Positions 37,598 to 46,301 of a stretch of DNA of 64,000 nucleotides are shown in pieces; the stretch's first letter is position 1, and every line of letters starts with the position of its first letter. The translations under genes were made by a program, and so were the position numbers. The notes beneath the pieces are model-generated. The model searched no databases. It had not been told where the DNA came from and saw only the letters and a program-made list of their open reading frames with translations. The DNA lies in contig UQCS01000005.1 of assembly GCA_900539605.1 (NCBI GenBank), forward strand, positions 10,564 through 74,563, read 5' to 3'. This DNA comes from an uncultured Azospirillum sp. GTDB taxonomy: Bacteria > Pseudomonadota > Alphaproteobacteria > RF32 > CAG-239.

Positions 37598-38655
37598 CGA
37601 CGGTTTTTCCTTGTATCCAAAGCGTCGCGAACCCCTTCACCAATAAAAATCAGCAATGTCAGTAAAAGCGACAAAACCACAAAAATAGAAATTCCGATCC
37701 ACGGCGCCTGCAGATTATCTTTTCCTTGCCGAACCAGATCGCCCAGCGACGGATATTCGTGAGAAAGTCCCAAACCGAGAAAATCAAGTGCCGTTAAAGA
37801 AACGATGGCTTCCGATATCAGAAACGGAATAAATGTTACCGCGGCAACCAGAGCGTTTGGCAGAATATGACGCCAAATAATCTGCCAGTTACTGACCCCC
37901 AGTACCCGCGCCGCTTTTACAAATTCGAAATTGCGCGTCCGCATAAATTCGGCACGCACCATGCCGGTCAAAGAAGTCCAGGAAAAGAAAAGCAATATCA
38001 ACAGCAAAGTTCCGAAACTGGGAAGAAAAATGCTGGAAACAATAATTAAAATGAACAGTTGCGGCAAAGAGTCCCAGATCTCTATGAAACGTTGCATAAA
38101 AATATCCAACTTGCCGCCGAAATATCCCTGGATCGCACCGACGGTTATTCCGATTGCCGAAGATATCAGCGTCAGCACAAAAGCAAAAAACAATGACAGC
38201 CGCAGCCCATATAAGATACGCGCAAAAATATCACGCCCCTCGTCATCTGTTCCCAGCCAGTGGCGCCGTGAAGGTGCAGCCGGAGTTGGCTGATTCATCT
38301 CCATATCCACCGTATTAAAAGAAAACGGTACCGGCGGCATCAGCATCCAGCCGTGTTGTTCGATATTACGACGCAGATAAGGATCGGCGAAATCGGCCAG
38401 CGTGGGAAAATCGCCCCCGAAATCGATATCCCGATAGTTTTGTACTAACGGAAAATACCACTGATCCCGATACTTGACAATCAACGGGCGGTCATTGGCC
38501 AAAAGTTCCGCCAACAAGCTCAGCAAGACGATGACGGCCAGCAAAACAAGTGACCACCAAGCACGGCGGTTTTGCTTAAAAATCCGCCATTTTCTGATTG
38601 TCAATGGTGACAACGCGCTGTTTGTTCCCCTATTCTGCAGCAACAGATCCCTCAC
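37594..38655 (-). CDS. yejE: ABC transporter permease YejE (peptide/microcin-type, OppC/DppC class)
   Basis: Collinear by eye with E. coli YejE (NRRAWWSL, WLGTDDEGRDIFARILYG, VRAEFMRTRNFEFVKAARVLG, LQAPWIG). 4-nt overlap with yejF. Confidence 0.88.
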   Translation of the reverse strand: MRDLLLQNRGTNSALSPLTIRKWRIFKQNRRAWWSLVLLAVIVLLSLLAELLANDRPLIVKYRDQWYFPLVQNYRDIDFGGDFPTLADFADPYLRRNIEQHGWMLMPPVPFSFNTVDMEMNQPTPAAPSRRHWLGTDDEGRDIFARILYGLRLSLFFAFVLTLISSAIGITVGAIQGYFGGKLDIFMQRFIEIWDSLPQLFILIIVSSIFLPSFGTLLLILLFFSWTSLTGMVRAEFMRTRNFEFVKAARVLGVSNWQIIWRHILPNALVAAVTFIPFLISEAIVSLTALDFLGLGLSHEYPSLGDLVRQGKDNLQAPWIGISIFVVLSLLLTLLIFIGEGVRDALDTRKNRR

Positions 38656-40714
38656 TTGCTGCGCCGGACAAAGACTCTACTTTTGCTTCGGCGCCGACCT
38701 TAATTTCTCCGCTCATAATCTTTTGTGAGCCGATGTTTTTTTCTTCCAACGGCATCAGCGGCGACGTCGGGACGGCTTGCGGCTGTCCGATACCTTTATT
38801 ATTTCGGTTACCGGACGCCTGTAATGGCGATTTTACCGGCGTGCGATAATTGATTCGGTTCCATTCTTTAAACCATCGATTAAATTCTTGCAAAGACTTT
38901 TGAGCGCTGTCATTGGTGTACTTAACTGTATCGACGGCGGCTTTTACTGCTTTTTTGGTGGTTTTGGAAAGTTTGGTCCGTCCAAACTCGCTGCATTTGG
39001 GACCGTTTTCAAATAAGTTGTTCAAAATTTCCTCAATCGGACAAATTGAACGGTTAATGACCAGTTGTTTGTTGCCGGGTGTCTTGACCGCCAAGGCAAC
39101 CAGTTGCCCGTTGCGAAAACGTTCGGACAAATCCTGATTGGGAGTTCCGATCAAATCGTCCATTCCCGCCAGTCCTTCGATAACAACCGTCGTGTCGGCC
39201 GCGTCCGGAAGCTTGCGAATTGCCTGCATAACTTTTTCCAACTGACCGAACAGGCACATTGTTTGTCTCAAATAGGCATTGCGTTTTTCCATCAGGTTGC
39301 GGCTGTCCACCCAGGGGTGGTTCAGTTTGGGCAACCATTCCGCGGTAGGTTTCAGCCGGCACATATCATCATAAATATACATGTCGGACGGCAGGTCGAG
39401 ATACAAGAAATAAGCATTGTTTCCTTTATCTTCCGCCAGATCGTCCAGCATCATGTCGATGCTTTTGAAAGAATTGACCACATACAGCTTGTTATAACTA
39501 AAACCGATCATCGGCGTTTTAGAAGGATTGTAAAAAGGTTTCAGATAACCGTAAAGTTTTTCCATCATTGCTTCATTTTTGAACCAACCGGTACTCTCAA
39601 GCCATTGAACCAACAGAATTTGAATCTTGTCGCCGGCGGTCATCGGCACTCCATCAAGATTCAACGGCGTGTTAACTTTGGTCACGCAACGGTCAACCGC
39701 AACCTGATTGTCTTTTTTGCAAAGGTTGACGCCGTGCGACTGATAAGCGCTGATTTTATAACCTTTTTGTTTTAATTTGTCATAAACGGTGTTGTTCTGC
39801 AGATAAGCTTCAAAATTTTCGCGGTTTTTAAACTGCCAATAACCGTTTTTCAGTACCTGATTTTGTAAAAAGTCAATTTCTTCGCCGTTGCCGTAATTCA
39901 AATTGCGGGCAGCATTGATAAACTGGTTATTGTTGGTGACATAGGCGTTCGGGTACAGTCGAAAACCGTTTTTGGCATAAAATCCGAGCATGATTTTCAA
40001 CAATTGATCCCGGTAAATCAGAGCGGCATCGGTGTTCTTTAAACTGCTTACATAGTTATATGACGGCAGGTTGGCAACCATAATCGTTACTGTTTTTTTC
40101 GACGGAACTTGTTCTTCAGCCACAGCCGGCACGGATATCATATCCGGATTGACGGTAAATTCGCTTCTATCCTTATTTTGATTAATCAGTACGGCGCCGA
40201 AACAGAAAACCGCCGTCATAACCACCAGAGCTTTGATTCTTTTGGGTGTCAGTGCCAACAAGGCAAACATAATCACCGCAACAATCACCGCGGCAAAAGT
40301 TTCGGAACGTCCGCTGGACAGGTTCTCGGCGTTAAAGTTGGCAAATTGGTTAAACATTGCCAAGGTGAACAAGCCGGAAACCAGTGCCGTCAGCAAATAA
40401 AGGATAATGCTCAAAAAAGAAAGACAGAAAAACAGCAAGATCACGCCGGCGGCAATGGCTATCAGAATATAAAGAGCTTCCGGTCTCAGGCTGCTTGGTC
40501 CGCTGAAAATATTGATCGGCCCTGAAGACGCAAATAAAACAAAATCAATTCCCAAAAGAGAGATCGTGATCAGACAGCAGGCGGCAAAATTAAACAAATA
40601 GTTTAAAAAACCGCTGTTTTTACGTTTCTTCTTGACCGCTCTGCCCTGTGCAGCCGGCGGGGTTGCTTCGGTATGTTTATCCAATATAACGTCATCCATT
40701 AGCCTGTTCCTCAT
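38630..40714 (-). CDS. Large hypothetical membrane protein (about 5 N-terminal TM helices plus a roughly 480-aa extracytoplasmic domain)
   Basis: The topology resembles membrane-anchored alkaline-phosphatase/sulfatase-superfamily transferases, but I could not find their catalytic motifs. The 3' end overlaps the yejE start by 26 nt. Confidence 0.6.
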   Translation of the reverse strand: MRNRLMDDVILDKHTEATPPAAQGRAVKKKRKNSGFLNYLFNFAACCLITISLLGIDFVLFASSGPINIFSGPSSLRPEALYILIAIAAGVILLFFCLSFLSIILYLLTALVSGLFTLAMFNQFANFNAENLSSGRSETFAAVIVAVIMFALLALTPKRIKALVVMTAVFCFGAVLINQNKDRSEFTVNPDMISVPAVAEEQVPSKKTVTIMVANLPSYNYVSSLKNTDAALIYRDQLLKIMLGFYAKNGFRLYPNAYVTNNNQFINAARNLNYGNGEEIDFLQNQVLKNGYWQFKNRENFEAYLQNNTVYDKLKQKGYKISAYQSHGVNLCKKDNQVAVDRCVTKVNTPLNLDGVPMTAGDKIQILLVQWLESTGWFKNEAMMEKLYGYLKPFYNPSKTPMIGFSYNKLYVVNSFKSIDMMLDDLAEDKGNNAYFLYLDLPSDMYIYDDMCRLKPTAEWLPKLNHPWVDSRNLMEKRNAYLRQTMCLFGQLEKVMQAIRKLPDAADTTVVIEGLAGMDDLIGTPNQDLSERFRNGQLVALAVKTPGNKQLVINRSICPIEEILNNLFENGPKCSEFGRTKLSKTTKKAVKAAVDTVKYTNDSAQKSLQEFNRWFKEWNRINYRTPVKSPLQASGNRNNKGIGQPQAVPTSPLMPLEEKNIGSQKIMSGEIKVGAEAKVESLSGAASEGSVAAE

Positions 40715-40766
40715 TTTGTGGTATCAAGTATTTAACATATAAGCATAATCAATTGAACATTTAAAG

Positions 40767-40803
40767 CAAAAAACCCCAAGATTACACAATCTCGGGGCTT
40801 TTT
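40767..40803 (-). terminator. Rho-independent terminator after rpsD
   Basis: - strand stem CCCCGAGATT / AATCTTGGGG followed by TTTTTTG. Confidence 0.85.
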
Positions 40804-40826
40804 CGCCAAAGGCGTTATAATGCCGA

Positions 40827-41438
40827 TTATCTGGAATAGAATTCGATAACCAGGTTCGGTTCCATAACGGATGCATACGGAACATCGTCAAACTTCGGAA
40901 CGAAAGTATATTTGACGCTGAACTTGGAATCGGCTTCCAAATAAGACGGAACTTCATGCAACGAAGATTCGAGAGCAGCAATAACCATCGGCATCTGCTG
41001 AGATTTTTCTCTGACCGAGATAACATCACCGGCTTTTACCATGTAGGAAGGAATGTTAACTCTTTTGCCGTTAACCAGAACATGACCATGGTTAACAAAC
41101 TGACGGGCAGCGAAAATGGTCGGCACGAACTTGGCTTTGTAAACCAGGTTATCCAAACGCGATTCCAAAATACCGATCAGGTTTTCAGCCGCGTCACCAC
41201 GTCTTCTGATGGCTTCGGCATAATATTTCTGGAACTGCTTTTCCGAAACATTGCCATAATAGGTTTTCAATCTCTGTTTAGCCTGCAGCTGTTCACCATA
41301 GTCGGTCATTTTTTTCTTGCGGGCGCCGTGTTGTCCCGGACCGTATTCACGCTTCAGCAACGGGCTCTTGGGATCGCCCCACAGGTTGGCGTGCAAACTG
41401 CGGTTTGTTTTTTTCTTGGCTTTAACAATACTTTTCAT
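40827..41438 (-). CDS. rpsD: 30S ribosomal protein S4
   Basis: [15 protein letters not shown] and the S4 RNA-binding domain. 203 aa, with strongly biased (C-ending) codon usage. Confidence 0.95.
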   Translation of the reverse strand: MKSIVKAKKKTNRSLHANLWGDPKSPLLKREYGPGQHGARKKKMTDYGEQLQAKQRLKTYYGNVSEKQFQKYYAEAIRRRGDAAENLIGILESRLDNLVYKAKFVPTIFAARQFVNHGHVLVNGKRVNIPSYMVKAGDVISVREKSQQMPMVIAALESSLHEVPSYLEADSKFSVKYTFVPKFDDVPYASVMEPNLVIEFYSR

Positions 41439-41572
41439 TAAGTTTATCCTTAAAATTTTATTACATTATTGTCCCGGTAGTCTTGAGAATAATCTCAAGC
41501 GGGGCGCTAAAGGCCCGCGTTTCCGGAAGTGACTGCAACTTAGTATAATTTAAACAAAAAATCAAGCACTTT

Positions 41573-42304
41573 TTACTGTTTCAAAGATTTTTTATAATCT
41601 TCCAGGCTACTGTTATAATAAATCGGCATGAACCGTTTCTTTCTGAGAACTCGCTCGATTTTAACGGCAACTTTAAATCTGAATACATTAAAGAGCTCTA
41701 GATTAACCGGAAGCCACCAGTCGTTCAGCGCCCCAAAAGGATGTTTTTCTTTGATCAGGACAATTTTTTTTCGCAGTATCTTTTTGTCAAGCTTTTCATC
41801 CAAGTCAAGAACAATAAGCGTGAATGGCTTGCCTTTTCTTAATTTTTTCAAATTTTTGTAAAGTTTGTTAAATTCGTTTTCAGAGGGAGAAAATGCATTA
41901 CAAACAAAAAATATATGTGCATCGCTCTGCATTATGCCCTGAAAGTTCTGAATTCTTTTTTTATATCGGGAAACAATCTTTTCTTTTCCCTCAGAACTGT
42001 TTGGACAGTCTTTGTCATGATTATATTCAATTCTGTATTTGGCATTGTGATATAAACCGGCTTCATCATTAAATACAATATTTTGAAGCAGATCCTTAAA
42101 ATTATTTTGAAGAATCCGATTTAATGAAGATAGGTGGGTAACACACAGATCAAAGGGAAAGGAAACTTGCCCCTGTTGCGCTGTTTTTATAAAACCACAT
42201 TCTGTAAAAATCCGTCGGGGAAGACAATTGTATCCAAGTGAGACAAACTCGTAGCAATCTGATTTTCCTTCGAAAAGATGTTTGATAAACTTTGTGAAAT
42301 TCAT
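41573..42304 (-). CDS. DUF1796-like protein (putative papain-like cysteine peptidase family)
   Basis: Start reassigned to MNFTKF (42304). N-terminal SLGYNC...FPFD pattern as I recall it for DUF1796. It lies 1 nt downstream of the DUF502 gene stop. Confidence 0.55.
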   Translation of the reverse strand: MNFTKFIKHLFEGKSDCYEFVSLGYNCLPRRIFTECGFIKTAQQGQVSFPFDLCVTHLSSLNRILQNNFKDLLQNIVFNDEAGLYHNAKYRIEYNHDKDCPNSSEGKEKIVSRYKKRIQNFQGIMQSDAHIFFVCNAFSPSENEFNKLYKNLKKLRKGKPFTLIVLDLDEKLDKKILRKKIVLIKEKHPFGALNDWWLPVNLELFNVFRFKVAVKIERVLRKKRFMPIYYNSSLEDYKKSLKQ

Positions 42305-42305
42305 T

Positions 42306-43022
42306 CTATTTTCTCCCTTTTTCTTCCGGTGCCACAATACCGCCGGAAATAACAAACTTCAACCCTTCTTCCACCGTCATTTGCAAAAAGACAACATCTT
42401 CTTTGGGAACAAAAATCAAAAAGCCGGAGGTCGGGTTGGGTGTGGTTGGTATAAAGACGTTCAACATTTCTTTGTTCATGATTTTTTTCACTTCACCGCC
42501 GGTCTCGGTGCTGACAAACCCCAAAATCCAAATTCCCTTGCGCGGATATTCCAGCAGTACAACCTGGCTGAAGGCTTGGTTTTTGTTGGAAAGAAAAGTT
42601 TCAAACACTTGTTTGAGTAATGAATATACGGTTGAAACAACCGGCATTTTTTTAACAATCCAGTCGCCGAGACGGATGAAGAAACGTCCCACAAATCCGG
42701 CGGCAAACATACCGATCACGATCATCGATACGATCAAAACCACTACGCCGAGGCCGGGAATGGTAAATGGCAGATCATTGTAATAAGTTTTCAGTTGTGG
42801 CGGCAACAGGCGCCCCACCCCGGCGTCAATCCACAAAATGATTTTGTAGGCCATATAAAAAGTGATCGACACCGGTGCCGTTACCAAAATGCCGGTAAAG
42901 AAATAAGCGCGAATTTTGGCACCGAGTTTCATAAACACGTGTTGTTCCCGCATTTTGGCATTTTGAATCGCCAATGCCCGTGCCTTGAGTTCAGCGCTTT
43001 TTTTCTTTCTTTTTCGTGACAT
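42306..43022 (-). CDS. DUF502-family membrane protein
   Basis: Two TM helices and the conserved PTTPNPTSGFL motif. Confidence 0.8.
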   Translation of the reverse strand: MSRKRKKKSAELKARALAIQNAKMREQHVFMKLGAKIRAYFFTGILVTAPVSITFYMAYKIILWIDAGVGRLLPPQLKTYYNDLPFTIPGLGVVVLIVSMIVIGMFAAGFVGRFFIRLGDWIVKKMPVVSTVYSLLKQVFETFLSNKNQAFSQVVLLEYPRKGIWILGFVSTETGGEVKKIMNKEMLNVFIPTTPNPTSGFLIFVPKEDVVFLQMTVEEGLKFVISGGIVAPEEKGRK

Positions 43023-43023
43023 T

Positions 43024-44748
43024 TTAACCTCTCATTGCGTCTTCAATAATAAATTGCACCTGATTGCGCCCTTGCCAATTGTCTTTACGCAAGGTTCCGG
43101 CCAGGTTAAACACTTCGCCGTGATGATTCAGCAGCGCTTTGCCGACTTCGTTATCAGCGGCGCGAAAAGCCATTGCTTTTAGAGTTCCGCCGCTCAGTGA
43201 ACCAAGCTGACAACGTATGTGACCGCTGCCGACAATATCGGAGTGTAAGACGCGTACATTGCTTAGCATCAGCCGCGGTTCGGGATTGCCGGCACCGAAA
43301 GGTTCCAGCAGTGCCAGGCAGTCGGCAAATTCCGGGGTGGCCGCGTTAAGACTGACAATCCCGTCAATTTCCACGACCGGGGTCAGTGTTTCCGTTCCCA
43401 AATATTTTTCGGCATATTCTCCGGCAAAGGTACGAAAGGCTTCCAGATTGCTTTCTTCAAGTGAAAAACCGGCTGCCATATTGTGGCCGCCTCCTTTTGT
43501 CAGCAACCCTTTTTCTTTGGCGGCCATCACCAAAGCGCCGATATTGAGTCCGGGAACTGAGCGGGCGGAGCCTTTAACTTCGTCGGCTTCAACCGACATC
43601 ACAAACGACGGCAGATTATATCTTTCTTTCAGTTTGCCGGCTACAATTCCGATTACGCCCTGATGCCAGTCTTGTCCGTACACAAAAGCTATCGGGTATT
43701 GCTGAGGCGTTCCTTCCAGTGTTTCTATGGCTTGCAACAGGACATAGGCTTCTATTTCCTTGCGAAGCGCATTAAAAGAGTCCAGTTTGTCGGCCAACAT
43801 AGCGGCTTCAAAATCGTTGGCGGCGCATAACAGCCGGTTACCGATCGAGGCCTCGCCGACCCGTCCGCCGGCATTGATCCTCGGTCCCAGTACATAACCG
43901 AGATGATAACTTGAAGGCGCTTCCGTAACCGAAGCTTTGTCAATCAGCGCCTTGATGCCGCAGTTCTGCCGTAACGACATAATTTTCAGCCCCTGACGGA
44001 CAAACGCCCGGTTCAATCCCAACAACGGCACCACATCGCAAACAGTTCCCAAAGCGACCAGATCCAACCATTTCATCAGATCCGGTGCCGGACGGACGGC
44101 ATAAAAACCGCGCTTGCGAAGTTGACGGTTGACCGCGACCACGGTAAGAAACACCACACCGACGGCGGCCAGATATTTTAAATCGGGATGTTCATCGTTT
44201 TCGTCAAGACGCTTCGGATTGACAATCGCATAGATATCGGGCAGTTTGGTTTCCGCTTCGTGATGATCCAGTACGATCACGTCCATTCCCTGATCGTGTG
44301 CATATTCCAAAACCTCAAAGGCCGTCGTTCCGCAATCGGTTGTTATCAGCAGTTTTGTGCCAATGGCAGCAAATTCGTCAACCGCGCTTTTGCTCGGTCC
44401 GTAACCTTCTTCCCGTTCTGGAATATGGACCGGAACCTCGCAGCCGACCGATTGCAGGAACAGTTTCAACAGAGATGATGAGGTGGCACCGTCAACGTCA
44501 TAATCGCCGATGATGGCCGTTTGTTCTCCGTTTTCCACCGCCGCGGCAATTCGTGCCGCTGCTTTTTCCATATCTTTCAGGCAAGCCGGATCGGGCATCA
44601 GATTTTGCAGTTTCGGATATAAAAAATCATTGCTTTGCCCTATGTCAATTCCACGCGAGACCATGATTTGTGCCACCACCGATGGGAGACCGTAACGGGC
44701 GGCAACAAGCTCGGCGGTATTTTCGTCAAACCCGGCAAATTTCCACAT
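43024..44748 (-). CDS. recJ: Single-stranded-DNA-specific exonuclease RecJ
   Basis: DHH-family motifs (IIGDYDVDGATS, VIVLDHHE, GGGH). Start reassigned to MWKFAGF (44748), which avoids overlap with the upstream lipoprotein gene. Confidence 0.9.
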   Translation of the reverse strand: MWKFAGFDENTAELVAARYGLPSVVAQIMVSRGIDIGQSNDFLYPKLQNLMPDPACLKDMEKAAARIAAAVENGEQTAIIGDYDVDGATSSSLLKLFLQSVGCEVPVHIPEREEGYGPSKSAVDEFAAIGTKLLITTDCGTTAFEVLEYAHDQGMDVIVLDHHEAETKLPDIYAIVNPKRLDENDEHPDLKYLAAVGVVFLTVVAVNRQLRKRGFYAVRPAPDLMKWLDLVALGTVCDVVPLLGLNRAFVRQGLKIMSLRQNCGIKALIDKASVTEAPSSYHLGYVLGPRINAGGRVGEASIGNRLLCAANDFEAAMLADKLDSFNALRKEIEAYVLLQAIETLEGTPQQYPIAFVYGQDWHQGVIGIVAGKLKERYNLPSFVMSVEADEVKGSARSVPGLNIGALVMAAKEKGLLTKGGGHNMAAGFSLEESNLEAFRTFAGEYAEKYLGTETLTPVVEIDGIVSLNAATPEFADCLALLEPFGAGNPEPRLMLSNVRVLHSDIVGSGHIRCQLGSLSGGTLKAMAFRAADNEVGKALLNHHGEVFNLAGTLRKDNWQGRNQVQFIIEDAMRG

Positions 44749-44806
44749 ATTTCCGCCCAAGGATTTAGTATTGTCAAAGCGGTTATCCACGGTAGTCTTC
44801 CTTATT

Positions 44807-45454
44807 TTAGTAACTGATATAAATTTCGGCACGTCGGTTGAGACGTTCGCCCTCGGGCATAATTTCCCGATACAGCGGCTGACTGTCCGACAACGCTTCA
44901 ACGGCAACCGATTTTTGGAGTACACCAGCTCGGATTAAAGCAGCGGCAACGCTTTCGGCCCGTTTGAGCGAGGTTTGGAAGTTGATCATTTTGTGGGTGG
45001 CCATATCGGTGTTGCGGGTTCGGCTGGATGAAAAGCCGTAAACCGTAATATGAGCGTTTTTACGTTTGGCCAGCCGGGCAATATAACGGATTTCACTGTC
45101 ATATTCCGGCGCAATAACGGCGCTGCCGTCTGCAAACAAAATGGTTGCTGCCTGATAAGCGACGGACGGTTCAACGACAGCTGCCGGTACCGCAACCGTT
45201 TTTTTCGTCGTGTTCATACGTTTTTCAGCCTTTGGAGCTTTTTCAGCGTTTGAAGCTTTTTCTCGGGTTACTGGCTTGACCGGCGTTGCGGTTGTTTGTT
45301 CGCCTTGTTTGTGAATCGGCTGATAGCTGTCTGCTGCCGATTGAGGCGTTTCTTCCGGTTTGGGGGTCGGTTGTTCGGCTGATATGCATGCACTCAGAAA
45401 ACCGCACAGGATCATTACTGTCGCATACCCGGCCTTCTTGTTTTTCCGCAACAT
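44807..45454 (-). CDS. OmpA-family (peptidoglycan-associated) lipoprotein
   Basis: Start reassigned to 45454 (AAGGGG SD). Lipobox LSAC. C-terminal OmpA-like domain ending NRRAEIYISY. Confidence 0.8.
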   Translation of the reverse strand: MLRKNKKAGYATVMILCGFLSACISAEQPTPKPEETPQSAADSYQPIHKQGEQTTATPVKPVTREKASNAEKAPKAEKRMNTTKKTVAVPAAVVEPSVAYQAATILFADGSAVIAPEYDSEIRYIARLAKRKNAHITVYGFSSSRTRNTDMATHKMINFQTSLKRAESVAAALIRAGVLQKSVAVEALSDSQPLYREIMPEGERLNRRAEIYISY

Positions 45455-45614
45455 TTTTTTCCCCTTTTGATTGATAAGCTTTAACAGTTTTAACGTAATA
45501 ATTATGATAACACAAGCAGAAAAATTGTAAAATCGAAACTTTTTAAAAATCAATTTGTCTTTTACAAAATATTGTTATATCATTTTAGAACAGTTGATAA
45601 GGGAGGAATATATT

Positions 45615-46211
45615 ATGTCAAAAATATGCAAACTTTTTATGATGTTGATGCTGGTTGCCGCCTGCTCCGAAAAAGACAGCCGCGAACCGCTGACGATTAC
45701 CACTTCGGAAGGAAATACGGTCACATATAAAGTAGAACTGGCGCAAAACCGTGAAGAGCTTACCACCGGTCTGATGAACCGTACCGCCATGGAAGCCGAT
45801 TCCGGGATGATTTTTGATCTGTCCGCTTTCAACAATGTTCCGACCGCTATGTGGATGAAAGACACCAAGCTGGCGTTGGATATGCTTTTTATTGATCGTG
45901 ACGGCATGATCTTCTGGATCTATGAAAACGCCGAGCCGGATTCTTTGAAAATGATCATTTCACCCTATCCCGCTTTTGCGGTTCTGGAAGTTAATGCCGG
46001 TGACGTCGCCGCCAAAGGTATCAAAATCGGCGATACCGTAAATCACAAAATTTTCAATCGGAACAGCGAGGAAAAAAATGTCCGCGCTGACCCGGTTGTC
46101 GAAGATAAAAACGAAACCGACGTTTCTGAGACCAAAGAGCCGGAAGCAGCAGAAAATGTTGCCGCGGATGAAGCGCAGGCGACTGAGGCCGAAAAGAAAG
46201 CCGAAGAATAG
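45615..46211 (+). CDS. DUF192-family lipoprotein with acidic C-terminal tail
   Basis: Start at 45615 (GGGAGGA SD). Lipobox LVAAC. DUF192 core (GLMNRT...GMIFDL...MWMKDT...LDMLFID). Confidence 0.75.
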   Translation: MSKICKLFMMLMLVAACSEKDSREPLTITTSEGNTVTYKVELAQNREELTTGLMNRTAMEADSGMIFDLSAFNNVPTAMWMKDTKLALDMLFIDRDGMIFWIYENAEPDSLKMIISPYPAFAVLEVNAGDVAAKGIKIGDTVNHKIFNRNSEEKNVRADPVVEDKNETDVSETKEPEAAENVAADEAQATEAEKKAEE

Positions 46212-46301
46212 ACATTGCATAGCAACGGTCATTACTTTTAATACTCCGAAAGACACTGTTTTTCGGAGTATTTTTTTACGAAACAACTCGTTTGTCTCAC
46301 A

